Source: Candidatus Scalindua sp.
GTDB lineage: Bacteria; Planctomycetota; Brocadiia; Brocadiales; Scalinduaceae
Assembly: GCA_018670825.1 (NCBI GenBank)
Contig: JABHIW010000149.1
Location: forward strand, 3,894-67,893
Length of the DNA stretch: 64,000 bases
Direction of reading: 5' to 3'
Position numbers and translations under genes: made by a program. Of this stretch, positions 55,754 to 64,000 are shown one piece after another (position 1 is the first letter of the stretch; every line of letters begins with the position of its first letter). The notes under the pieces are model-generated. The model was not told the origin of the DNA. It made no database searches and was given only the letters and a program-made list of their open reading frames with translations.

Positions 55754-56695
55754 GTGTTGCAATCACCTAACTATAACATATTTGACACTACACTCTGGCT
55801 TGATACTTTATCTTCCGTCTTAAAGAGTGGCATTAAGATTTTAGGGGTATTCAAGAAGGAAGAACTCATTGGCGGTGTGGTATTCAACGTAATTAAAAGG
55901 CTGGGAATTAAGATTGCCAACACTCCACCAATGAATTTTTACAATTCTCTGCATTATATTCCAAGAGACACGCAACATAAAGATAGGCTGGGGAGATATA
56001 TAAATGATATTCTAGTCGCCATAGCTGAGAGGCTGCAAAATGATTTCCATTATGTTGTAATAACAAATCACCATGAATGTAAAGATATCAGAGGTTTAAA
56101 GAATAGGAATTGGCGGCAAAATATACATTATTATTATCGGGTAGACCTTGATAGTGTCGATTTGTCATTAATATCAGCATCGAAGAGAAGGCAGGTAAAA
56201 AAGGCACAGAAAAAGCTGATTGCCTTCGAAGACGTTAAAGAAGTATCACATATTTATAATATTATAAAAAATACGTATCTTAGAGAGGGGTTAAAATGTC
56301 CATTAACTTTAGATGAAATGTCAGGGATATGCGAAAGAATGGGAGACAATATTATGATTAGAGCTGTTAGAGAACAAGGTAGTGTTGGTTACAAAGCCGT
56401 TATTGTTTGTTTTGTCGACTATAGAACAAGATGTGTTTACAATTTGTTTAATGGATATATGCCTGCCATTCCCGATTCCGGCATTAATACCCTTTTAATA
56501 TGGAAAGTGATAAAGTTTTTTAAGGATAAAGGTTTCGAATGCCTTGATTTGGGAATGGCAGGAAGTCAGTCAAAAGCCAATTTTAAGAGTGAGTTTAATA
56601 CTGACGTAGTACCACATTATCAGTTATCAAAATCTAAGTTCCGCTTTAAGTTTCTTTGGCATTTGACTAAAGGAAGAATTATTCAGACTCAGTGA
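55754..56695 (+). CDS. FemAB-like / Acetyltransf_6-type GNAT protein
   Basis: SPNYNIFDTTLWLDTL..., KRRQVKKAQKK, and a C-terminal GNAT-like region (...KFFKDKGFECLDLGMAG). Start uncertain (see findings). Confidence 0.55.
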   Translation: MLQSPNYNIFDTTLWLDTLSSVLKSGIKILGVFKKEELIGGVVFNVIKRLGIKIANTPPMNFYNSLHYIPRDTQHKDRLGRYINDILVAIAERLQNDFHYVVITNHHECKDIRGLKNRNWRQNIHYYYRVDLDSVDLSLISASKRRQVKKAQKKLIAFEDVKEVSHIYNIIKNTYLREGLKCPLTLDEMSGICERMGDNIMIRAVREQGSVGYKAVIVCFVDYRTRCVYNLFNGYMPAIPDSGINTLLIWKVIKFFKDKGFECLDLGMAGSQSKANFKSEFNTDVVPHYQLSKSKFRFKFLWHLTKGRIIQTQ

Positions 56696-56996
56696 TAATA
56701 GAATTAAGTTTATTGCACTATTCACGTCAGGGAGTGTCGCCTATAATTCAAATCTATTTTTGAAATATTTACTCACAAGACGGATTGAAGGAAGTGTGCA
56801 AAATTGATAATAATCTAGTTGAGGAATTTTGTTTACATATTAATTCAGTCTGATAGCATGCTGTGTAGAATGCGTAGCATATCGGTTAAAGTCTGTCTAT
56901 TGGGATTCAGCAATATGGCCATGTAGTTTGAAGCGGACACTATTTATCATTTGGTAGATTATCTCGTAAACTAGTTTCTTTAGGGGTTTTACTTAA

Positions 56997-57695
56997 ATGG
57001 ATATCATATTTAAACCAAAACAGGTAACCAAAATTTTCGCTTATACTGTTATATGCCTCACCTTAGCTCATATTGTAGGACAATGCATTGCCTTTTACCT
57101 TGGATATACAAGCAAATTTAAACCTATTGTTTCCTGGCTTGATTTAGATGTGGAGCAAAGTATTCCAACATTTTACTCTTCGATAGCATTGCTATTTTGT
57201 TCATCACTCCTTGCCATTATCACCATTGCCAAAAAAAAGAATGGTGAGCGGTATATATATTGGATGGGGCTAGCAATCATTTTCCTTTTTTTGTCAGTAG
57301 ATGAATCACTCACGATTCATGAAAGTTTGACTGACAAGGTACGGACTGCACTGAATACATCTGGATTACTTTATTGTTTTGCTTGGATTATCCCCTATAG
57401 TATTGCATTAATTATTTCTTTATTGGTGTATGTAAAATTTGTACTCAATCTTCCATCCAAAATACGTATTCTATTTATTACTGCGGGATTAATTTATGTC
57501 TCAGGTGCTATAGGTGTTGAGCTGGTAGGGGGGAAATATTCAGAATTGCACAGTTATAATGTAACTTTTTTAGTTATCACTACGGTTGAAGAATTACTAG
57601 AGATGACGGGTGTAGTAATTTTTATTTTTGCCCTCACCTCATATATAGATATAGAGTTTAAAGGTCTGCGACTAGGTATAAAATCATCAAATTAA
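56997..57695 (+). CDS. hypothetical polytopic membrane protein
   Basis: 232-aa ORF with about 6 hydrophobic helices. No recognised motif. Confidence 0.5.
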   Translation: MDIIFKPKQVTKIFAYTVICLTLAHIVGQCIAFYLGYTSKFKPIVSWLDLDVEQSIPTFYSSIALLFCSSLLAIITIAKKKNGERYIYWMGLAIIFLFLSVDESLTIHESLTDKVRTALNTSGLLYCFAWIIPYSIALIISLLVYVKFVLNLPSKIRILFITAGLIYVSGAIGVELVGGKYSELHSYNVTFLVITTVEELLEMTGVVIFIFALTSYIDIEFKGLRLGIKSSN

Positions 57696-57738
57696 TAACT
57701 TCTTATAAGCTCGTTCTATGTACACGGAGAATATACAA

Positions 57739-58830
57739 CTACTTATACCTTTTCATTTTATGGTAAAGTTTTCTAATTAGAAGATATATTTTAGCTTTAA
57801 AGGAGTTTGATATAAAGATATCCATATCTTCTCTTTTCTTATCAGTCAGCCGGCTTTTATAATCTTCAGTTCCGCGTAAGAAATCATACTCTGAATATCC
57901 GTTATTTATTGCATCTTCTATTACAAGATTTGTCAGTATATTCCCCACGCGTTCCCTGGCCCACTCCGGGCCCCACCCTCCTTGATAGTAAAAGAGTTTG
58001 TTATTATATTTGAATGTATACAATGCGGCCGCATCCTTCCCCTGTATCCTGAGAAAGTATAGTCTTAACATGTCGGATTTCAAAAATATTCTGGCAATAT
58101 TCTTATGAAATCTCCTGACATTACTTTTGATAAAATTGCCTTTGTATTTCACAGCCATCCATCGTTTTTCGTGTAGTTCGAACAGCCGTTCCATTGCACT
58201 GTCCATTCCATCAGATTCCTCACATGTTATTACCTCAAAGCCATCATATTTTTTTTGTAAATTGCGCCTCATTCTCTTTATCGTGTTTCTTGTATTTCCA
58301 CTTAAGGAAGAATAATAGTCTTCGACTCTGGTTGGTAAAGGTATATAGGGGCAAACCTGAGATATCTCTGCGTGAAATGGTCTGTTTCCCATAATTCCTC
58401 TAAACAATTTGGCAGTTAAGGAAGAGATGGGTATATTGCTTAAAAGGCATAAGTCCCACTTAATTTTCTGAAACAGATAATCGACTATTGCCTTAAGAGT
58501 TTCCCCTTCTCTCCCTTTATTTATGATGAAATCAAGATGGTCGGAAGAGATAGGCATCGTTCCCAGGAATCGCATATATTTTAAGACGGTAATGCCGGCT
58601 GTCTTCTTCTTATCCATGCACAATGGTGCAATACCAATCAAAATTTCTTTTCCATCATATACGGTCAGGAGGAAGAGTTGCTTGTTATCTTTAAAACATT
58701 CCCACCAAGTGTACATCCATTCCCAGGTAAGGAAGATCGTGTCACTTCTGCTCTTTTTCAAGAGAGACGTCCAATCTTCTTTTAGTTTTGAAAATTCATT
58801 TTGGGTATTAACTTTTTTAATTGATAGCAT
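57739..58830 (-). CDS. GNAT family acetyltransferase (CelD/BioF2-like, Acetyltransf_6)
   Basis: ...DWTSLLKKSRSDTIFLTWEWMYTWWECF... N-terminus and ...YFLRIQGKDAAALYTFKYNNKLFYYQGGWGPEW.... Confidence 0.6.
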   Translation of the reverse strand: MLSIKKVNTQNEFSKLKEDWTSLLKKSRSDTIFLTWEWMYTWWECFKDNKQLFLLTVYDGKEILIGIAPLCMDKKKTAGITVLKYMRFLGTMPISSDHLDFIINKGREGETLKAIVDYLFQKIKWDLCLLSNIPISSLTAKLFRGIMGNRPFHAEISQVCPYIPLPTRVEDYYSSLSGNTRNTIKRMRRNLQKKYDGFEVITCEESDGMDSAMERLFELHEKRWMAVKYKGNFIKSNVRRFHKNIARIFLKSDMLRLYFLRIQGKDAAALYTFKYNNKLFYYQGGWGPEWARERVGNILTNLVIEDAINNGYSEYDFLRGTEDYKSRLTDKKREDMDIFISNSFKAKIYLLIRKLYHKMKRYK

Positions 58831-58893
58831 TGATAGCTGGTCGATATTTTAATAAAAGATAAGATTCCAATTCTTTAAACTTATGAAAAAATG

Positions 58894-61308
58894 CTATTTG
58901 TCTCGTAATTTCAGGTAGTACGGATGTATAAAATTTGTGGAAACTGAGACGATCAAAAATGCGCATCCTATGATAAACGAGAACCCGAAAAGAATTGTCA
59001 GTTTAGTAAATAGATTCCAGGGGTATTCGATAAAGGTAGAAGAAGCCCATATTGTTAAGCTTATACCGATCCCAAACACTATCGGAAAAATGGTAATAGA
59101 AAACATTGATAACAGCGACATACGCGGAGCTGTCTGCTTCACCATCCAGATAAGAATGGTTGTCGGAATGATATACCTGCTGGCAATTACCAAGGCTGTC
59201 AATTCTATCTGTTTGGTTACAGCAGAACCAAGAATAAATTTATCTCGCAGTTCCAGTATCTTCAGGTCAAATTCGTTTCCGGGTAAAAGGAATAGTGTCC
59301 AGATTGCTAAAGATATCATACTTCCTTGCGTTAATGCAGATGCCTTTTTAGAAAGAGACCATACCGCCAACAATAGAGGTAAGGCAACTATATGGGATAG
59401 ATGATTGATATTACTGGATGTTCCAAGGTAGAAAAAGACAATCCACAAGGCCAGCAATACATCGGATATTTTTGGTATCCGCCGACTCACAAAAATCAAT
59501 GGAATCAGGCTTAAGAGTAGTAGTATGACTTTCACCCCCGCACTGGACGGCCATGCGATTACCACGATACACGGAAGTACTCCGATTATCCCATATCCCA
59601 CAATGGGCACTCTGTTTTTGTCATGTCGTAATCTCCACAGGAGAAATGCAATTCCGATAAATAGGACCATTAACGAGAAAGCCCATCTGTCCGGCATAGT
59701 TATGTGATGGTAAACGTTATAAAATGTTAACCGTCTGATAGACATACCGGCTAATATTGCAAAGAAAATTACCAACCATGCCGGATGACGTGTTACTCCC
59801 CATGAGAATAAAGGTATACATACAATTGTCCAGTTTAGAGGATGATAAGGGTTAGTTACTATTAAAGCTATTGAAAATATGAGTGTTAAAAAAAACGGTA
59901 GAGCAACATTTCCTGAATGGGTCTCTACCGTTTTGGTAATTTTCCCGTAATATATCGGAAGGATTACCATGAGAATAAAGGCCAGGACGATCTTTATGGG
60001 ATTATCAAGAATATTGTTAGCGCTGAATGGGAAGTTATCGGATATGTAGTCTAATATTCCGAAATATAATTCCATACCTGTCAATGCGCAGAGGCCGAAG
60101 ATCCCGAGCATAATATATTTCATCTTAGGGCTTATTATTCCAGAATAGTCGTTACTGGAAAGAGCGACAAAAGCGAAGAGTATTAGAGAGCAAAGAGTCG
60201 CCAGTACAATAAGTATACATAAGGCAGGTGAACTCTTTCTTTCCATCTTAGTGAGACGTATTTTACGAAGTTCATCCAGGCTTGATATATTAGAGTTGCC
60301 GGTAATTCTTTTAGAGAACGTTCTTATTAAACCAGAGCTATATTCAGGAGGTAGCGAAAGTAAATCAATGGCTGGTAAAGCCGGAGACGCGTAAAACGGA
60401 GAAACACCGGCTAATAGAGAAAGAGTAGGTGCCCAATCGATTTGGAGGACTTCTTTCGGTCCACCTTTATTGATCCCGGGACCAGTAAGGATAAATGGAG
60501 TTTCTATTACAAATTCAGTGCGGTCAACATGGAAACCGTTGTCATCCATACCATGCTCAGAGGTAATTAAAACTATATCCTCATCAGTAGTTAATTCCAC
60601 AAGCTGACGCACATAATTATCAAGCAGTTTAAGCTCTGGTATATAATCAGGAGAATGTGGCGTTTCAAGGTGGCCGATAAAATCCATTGTTATAAATTGG
60701 ACCGCTGCAAGATCCCATTCTTTTTGCTTAAGGAAATCGTATGTCTGGTCAAAAAGATATTTTGCGTCTTCCCGATACTGACTGAAAAGGAAGTTTTTAG
60801 GCACAAATGCAGAAAAATCTGTATATTTACCATAAGCACCACGAAGACAATGAGAACTAAAAATTATTGCACGCTTGTTTTGCAGGGTTACACGTTTGAA
60901 AAGGTTGTCGTAAGCAGAAGGCTTTCCTGAAAAATCATCAAGAAAAGAGAAAGGGCCTGATACGACACCTGAGAATATTGCGTTATCTCCTGCAACTGAT
61001 AAGGGGGTAGAAATTACCCGGGAAATGCCCCAGGCGCCTTTTTCTCTGAGGTTGGAAATATAGGGCATGTTTTCACTAAACATGGAATCCTTACGTGTGG
61101 AGTCTAGGAGAAATATGAGTACGCGACCATTAAACGGAGACAACAATGGAGGACTGTTTATTTCCTGATAATCTTCTTTTCCTTTAACCGATAGCAATTG
61201 TATGCTGGTATAAATTGCTGTGGAAAAAAAGATTAACAGCGCCAGTACAAAAAAAACGATTTTTGAATAGTTAACCTGTGAAAAATTGTTTATGAGTGGA
61301 GATTTCAA
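58894..61308 (-). CDS. alkaline-phosphatase-superfamily (phosphodiesterase / phosphoethanolamine-transferase-like) domain fused to a C-terminal polytopic membrane domain
   Basis: N-terminal TM, then VLIFLLDSTRKD (metal/nucleophile site) and ITSEHGMDDNGFH. The following ~450 aa form about 12-14 TM helices. Confidence 0.6.
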   Translation of the reverse strand: MKSPLINNFSQVNYSKIVFFVLALLIFFSTAIYTSIQLLSVKGKEDYQEINSPPLLSPFNGRVLIFLLDSTRKDSMFSENMPYISNLREKGAWGISRVISTPLSVAGDNAIFSGVVSGPFSFLDDFSGKPSAYDNLFKRVTLQNKRAIIFSSHCLRGAYGKYTDFSAFVPKNFLFSQYREDAKYLFDQTYDFLKQKEWDLAAVQFITMDFIGHLETPHSPDYIPELKLLDNYVRQLVELTTDEDIVLITSEHGMDDNGFHVDRTEFVIETPFILTGPGINKGGPKEVLQIDWAPTLSLLAGVSPFYASPALPAIDLLSLPPEYSSGLIRTFSKRITGNSNISSLDELRKIRLTKMERKSSPALCILIVLATLCSLILFAFVALSSNDYSGIISPKMKYIMLGIFGLCALTGMELYFGILDYISDNFPFSANNILDNPIKIVLAFILMVILPIYYGKITKTVETHSGNVALPFFLTLIFSIALIVTNPYHPLNWTIVCIPLFSWGVTRHPAWLVIFFAILAGMSIRRLTFYNVYHHITMPDRWAFSLMVLFIGIAFLLWRLRHDKNRVPIVGYGIIGVLPCIVVIAWPSSAGVKVILLLLSLIPLIFVSRRIPKISDVLLALWIVFFYLGTSSNINHLSHIVALPLLLAVWSLSKKASALTQGSMISLAIWTLFLLPGNEFDLKILELRDKFILGSAVTKQIELTALVIASRYIIPTTILIWMVKQTAPRMSLLSMFSITIFPIVFGIGISLTIWASSTFIEYPWNLFTKLTILFGFSFIIGCAFLIVSVSTNFIHPYYLKLRDK

Positions 61309-61673
61309 TTTTAATCTTTAAAAGATTATTTGGTAAAGAATGGTTTGCTGCACTTTGTTAGTAGGCTATAGGGGTAATGATAGTATTACAACCAGGAAAA
61401 AACAATATCTTTTTCTCGTCTTGGGTTTCAATTGATTTTAACCTTTTTAATTGACGGATGTTCTCCTCCCACCTAAAATAACCTTTGTTCATGATCCTGC
61501 TTCCAATACCGCCCAAGGCGAAACATCATATGTAAGTGGATCGAACAGGGATAATAACTTTTGTCCTGAAGTTTCTATAAATAGATTTCTTACCAGAAAG
61601 TTTCTAAAGATTCAAAGTACCTTCAAGAACGTGGCATCTACACAAATCTCAATAAGAATAATTATTCTAAATT

Positions 61674-62369
61674 ATGAAAAAAGATAGAATTATATTCTCG
61701 GGTACGATTCTGCTTGGTATGGTCTTGGCTTTAGCTGGATTTATTATTCCACCGGATAAAATGGTACCGATTATAGGTAAGTACTATGCGCACACAGAAC
61801 TGGATGCCGCTATAAGAGAGGCATATATTCAGAAAATAAGAGTGTTGGAAATAGATATTATTATCATTGGTATTATCATTTCAGGCGCTGCATTCAAGCT
61901 CTCTTACCTGATGGAGAAATTGTCAAAATTAATAGATTATATAAAAACAGAGAATAAACGAACAGCAAAGGCCTTGATTATTCTTGTTTGTATCTATTTT
62001 CTGTTTTCCAGTCTGGTTACGTTCGTGCCGGAGATACTGAGTATGCAATACAATATCTTGTATAAAAGCGGCCTGACAGATGAAGAAAAAAGAGGGATGG
62101 TTGAGGGGGAGTTTTATGAATTTATCAGGAGGTGCAGGCAGTTAATTCCTGAGGATGCGCATGTGCTTTTACTTGACAACACGAAACACAAACACGGTGT
62201 CACCAGCTACTATCTTTACCCGCGCAAACTTTACTTCAACCAATCAGACGTTACCACTCTTGATGGGATTAGCCATGATTGGATCAAGGAAAATAATATT
62301 ACCTGGTACATTAATTATGCTCCTGTCAACTTTGACCTTAATCATGCAGAGATAGGAAAAGTGGAATAA
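61674..62369 (+). CDS. hypothetical membrane protein
   Basis: 231-aa ORF with 3 hydrophobic helices in the N-terminal half. No recognised motif. Confidence 0.4.
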   Translation: MKKDRIIFSGTILLGMVLALAGFIIPPDKMVPIIGKYYAHTELDAAIREAYIQKIRVLEIDIIIIGIIISGAAFKLSYLMEKLSKLIDYIKTENKRTAKALIILVCIYFLFSSLVTFVPEILSMQYNILYKSGLTDEEKRGMVEGEFYEFIRRCRQLIPEDAHVLLLDNTKHKHGVTSYYLYPRKLYFNQSDVTTLDGISHDWIKENNITWYINYAPVNFDLNHAEIGKVE

Positions 62370-62378
62370 AGTATTAGT

Positions 62379-64000
62379 CTACTCAAATTGGGGGGGGTGG
62401 TATGAAGAATAGACTTCAGGTTGAGTATAATAAGATAACTGGGCATTTTTCCATTCATCAAATCTTTCTTTCAGTTCCGAAACGACGTCCTTATTCTCTA
62501 ATGCATGATTGACTTTTTCCAGTGGATCGGTTTCTAAATTATAGAGTTCCAACTCTTCCCCCGGATAACTTCGCAGCAATTTCCATGGCCAGCGGATTAT
62601 TCCATCATATCTTCCCATCGCGTCCGCATAAAGATAGATGTCCTTCCGCTTCTGCTTGAATGGTGAAATTCCCTGAAAACTGTATGGTTGGGGAACGTTC
62701 AACACATCCAGGATTCCACTTATCAGGTCAATGTGACTTACCGGAAATGGGATAGTTGCTTTTTTAATATCAACTGTCTCGGGAGGTTTCATGAAAGCAA
62801 ATGTCCGCGAGACCTCATCATGCATAGCTCCGGCGTGATTAGGGTAGCCGTGTTCATAAAATGCTTCGCCATTATCCCCGACAACCAGAAACAAACAATC
62901 ATCCCAAATTTCTTCTTCCTTTAGAAATAGGACAAAATTTTCTATTAATTTATCCAGATTATAGAATGAGTTCAAGTATCGATTACGGACAATTTCCAGG
63001 TTTGCTCTGGGCCAGGTGCCAAACAAACCTTGAAATTCTTTCATCGGTTGGAAAGGCGTTTCGGCGTCTTCCGGTAAATAGTAGCTATAATGAGGGTCTT
63101 GAAGGTTTATTCCCAGAACAAACTGTTGCTTGTCGTGTAAATTTGTGATCCATTGGCGAGCGACTTCAAGTGTTTCAACATCCGGGATTGCCCCAACCGT
63201 TTTGACTTTCTTTGCGAAGCCCGCAAGGCCAGAGTCCTTTTCGTCTATGTACGTTTTTCCCTGATGGTCTGGTGCGTGGTAAAAGAAATCAACTCCAGGG
63301 TTTTTCATCCAATTAATCATTTTGCCCCATGATTCGTTCTGTGAAGAGATATAGGCGGTTTTGTAGTTCAACGCCTTAAATACTTCAAAGAGAGAGGTCC
63401 CCCGATGCAGAGAATCCTTGCGGTAAAAATAGAACTTTGGAGACCTTAGGGGGAATTGTGAATACCAGAAGCTTACATCAGCGTAATTGGAATGTGATGA
63501 AACTGCGTAAGCTCTCTCAAAGAATATACTCTGAGGTATCAGTGACTTCAGGTAGGGAATCGGTGACGGTTCATATCCGGCTAAATCATAACGCATTGAT
63601 TCAACGTATAAAACAATAACCGGGGTTTCAATCGAAAGGTTTGTATAACTCACTCTCCTCTCTCTGGGAATTAACGAATAGTCTCCCACCACATCGATTT
63701 TCTTGTATTTAGTCATCGAAGAACTCACCATGGCAATGATGCCGGATTTTCGATATTGCCATGGTTGTTTCAGCCAGACATTAAACACAATAATATATAC
63801 AATAGTTGCGATACTCAGCATCTTAACTATTTTAGGGGAAAAGAAGAGGTTTCTTCTGTGAAAGGTTTTCACAAGCCCCCATTGTATTAAAGACAATATT
63901 CCTATAGCAGCTATTACGAAAAACAAAAGTGAAGAGGGAGAGGATTGCTCAAGAAACCATGATACATAACCTAACTGTTGAAGTCCGAATATTATCAGCT
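62379..64000 (-). CDS. sulfatase / LtaS-like membrane-anchored transferase (5-prime end probably outside window)
   Basis: Sulfatase-fold motifs (VVGDNGEAFYEHGYPNHAG; SSHSNYADV). The frame stays open upstream of the track start (TTG 63926) to the window end. Confidence 0.7.
   Translation of the reverse strand, partial: LIIFGLQQLGYVSWFLEQSSPSSLLFFVIAAIGILSLIQWGLVKTFHRRNLFFSPKIVKMLSIATIVYIIVFNVWLKQPWQYRKSGIIAMVSSSMTKYKKIDVVGDYSLIPRERRVSYTNLSIETPVIVLYVESMRYDLAGYEPSPIPYLKSLIPQSIFFERAYAVSSHSNYADVSFWYSQFPLRSPKFYFYRKDSLHRGTSLFEVFKALNYKTAYISSQNESWGKMINWMKNPGVDFFYHAPDHQGKTYIDEKDSGLAGFAKKVKTVGAIPDVETLEVARQWITNLHDKQQFVLGINLQDPHYSYYLPEDAETPFQPMKEFQGLFGTWPRANLEIVRNRYLNSFYNLDKLIENFVLFLKEEEIWDDCLFLVVGDNGEAFYEHGYPNHAGAMHDEVSRTFAFMKPPETVDIKKATIPFPVSHIDLISGILDVLNVPQPYSFQGISPFKQKRKDIYLYADAMGRYDGIIRWPWKLLRSYPGEELELYNLETDPLEKVNHALENKDVVSELKERFDEWKNAQLSYYTQPEVYSSYHPPQFE

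Overview
This 64-kb window looks like chromosome from an anammox-type planctomycete (Brocadiales-like). That placement rests on one operon at 30540-37570: Rieske protein, GltD-like flavoprotein, split cytochrome b, multihaem cytochrome c and a hydroxylamine-oxidoreductase-like octahaem protein. This matches the published anammox Rieske/cyt b-HAO gene order. All family calls come from motifs read in the supplied translations; no database search was run. Housekeeping genes: argH (partial), lysA, metK, hslVU, a ferredoxin and sirC. Other blocks: a siroheme/sulfur-relay cluster (26960-30078), three GGR-like flavoprotein modules plus a two-component system (37889-45029), and a cell-envelope polysaccharide locus (49415-64000). 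From about 7.7 to 21.5 kb there is a repeat-rich accessory region. It holds a higBA cassette flanked by a duplicated metK 3-prime end, RelE-type and Fic/RhuM modules separated by a modular repeat family, and the main candidate novel system. That candidate (10980-18032) is a visibly more G+C-rich operon: Dcm methyltransferase, MORC-like GHKL ATPase, histidine-kinase module, receiver-domain protein with an unrecognised C-terminal domain, HNH nuclease, and a downstream Vsr. I read it as a possible phosphorelay-controlled restriction/defence system. Its ATPase and kinase modules are separated by one in-frame TAA lying on a perfect 11-bp tandem duplication. Several other accessory genes (PIN, higB, a dodecin-like gene, a PIG-L deacetylase) carry single frameshifts or in-frame stops. 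No rRNA, tRNA or CRISPR array was recognised.
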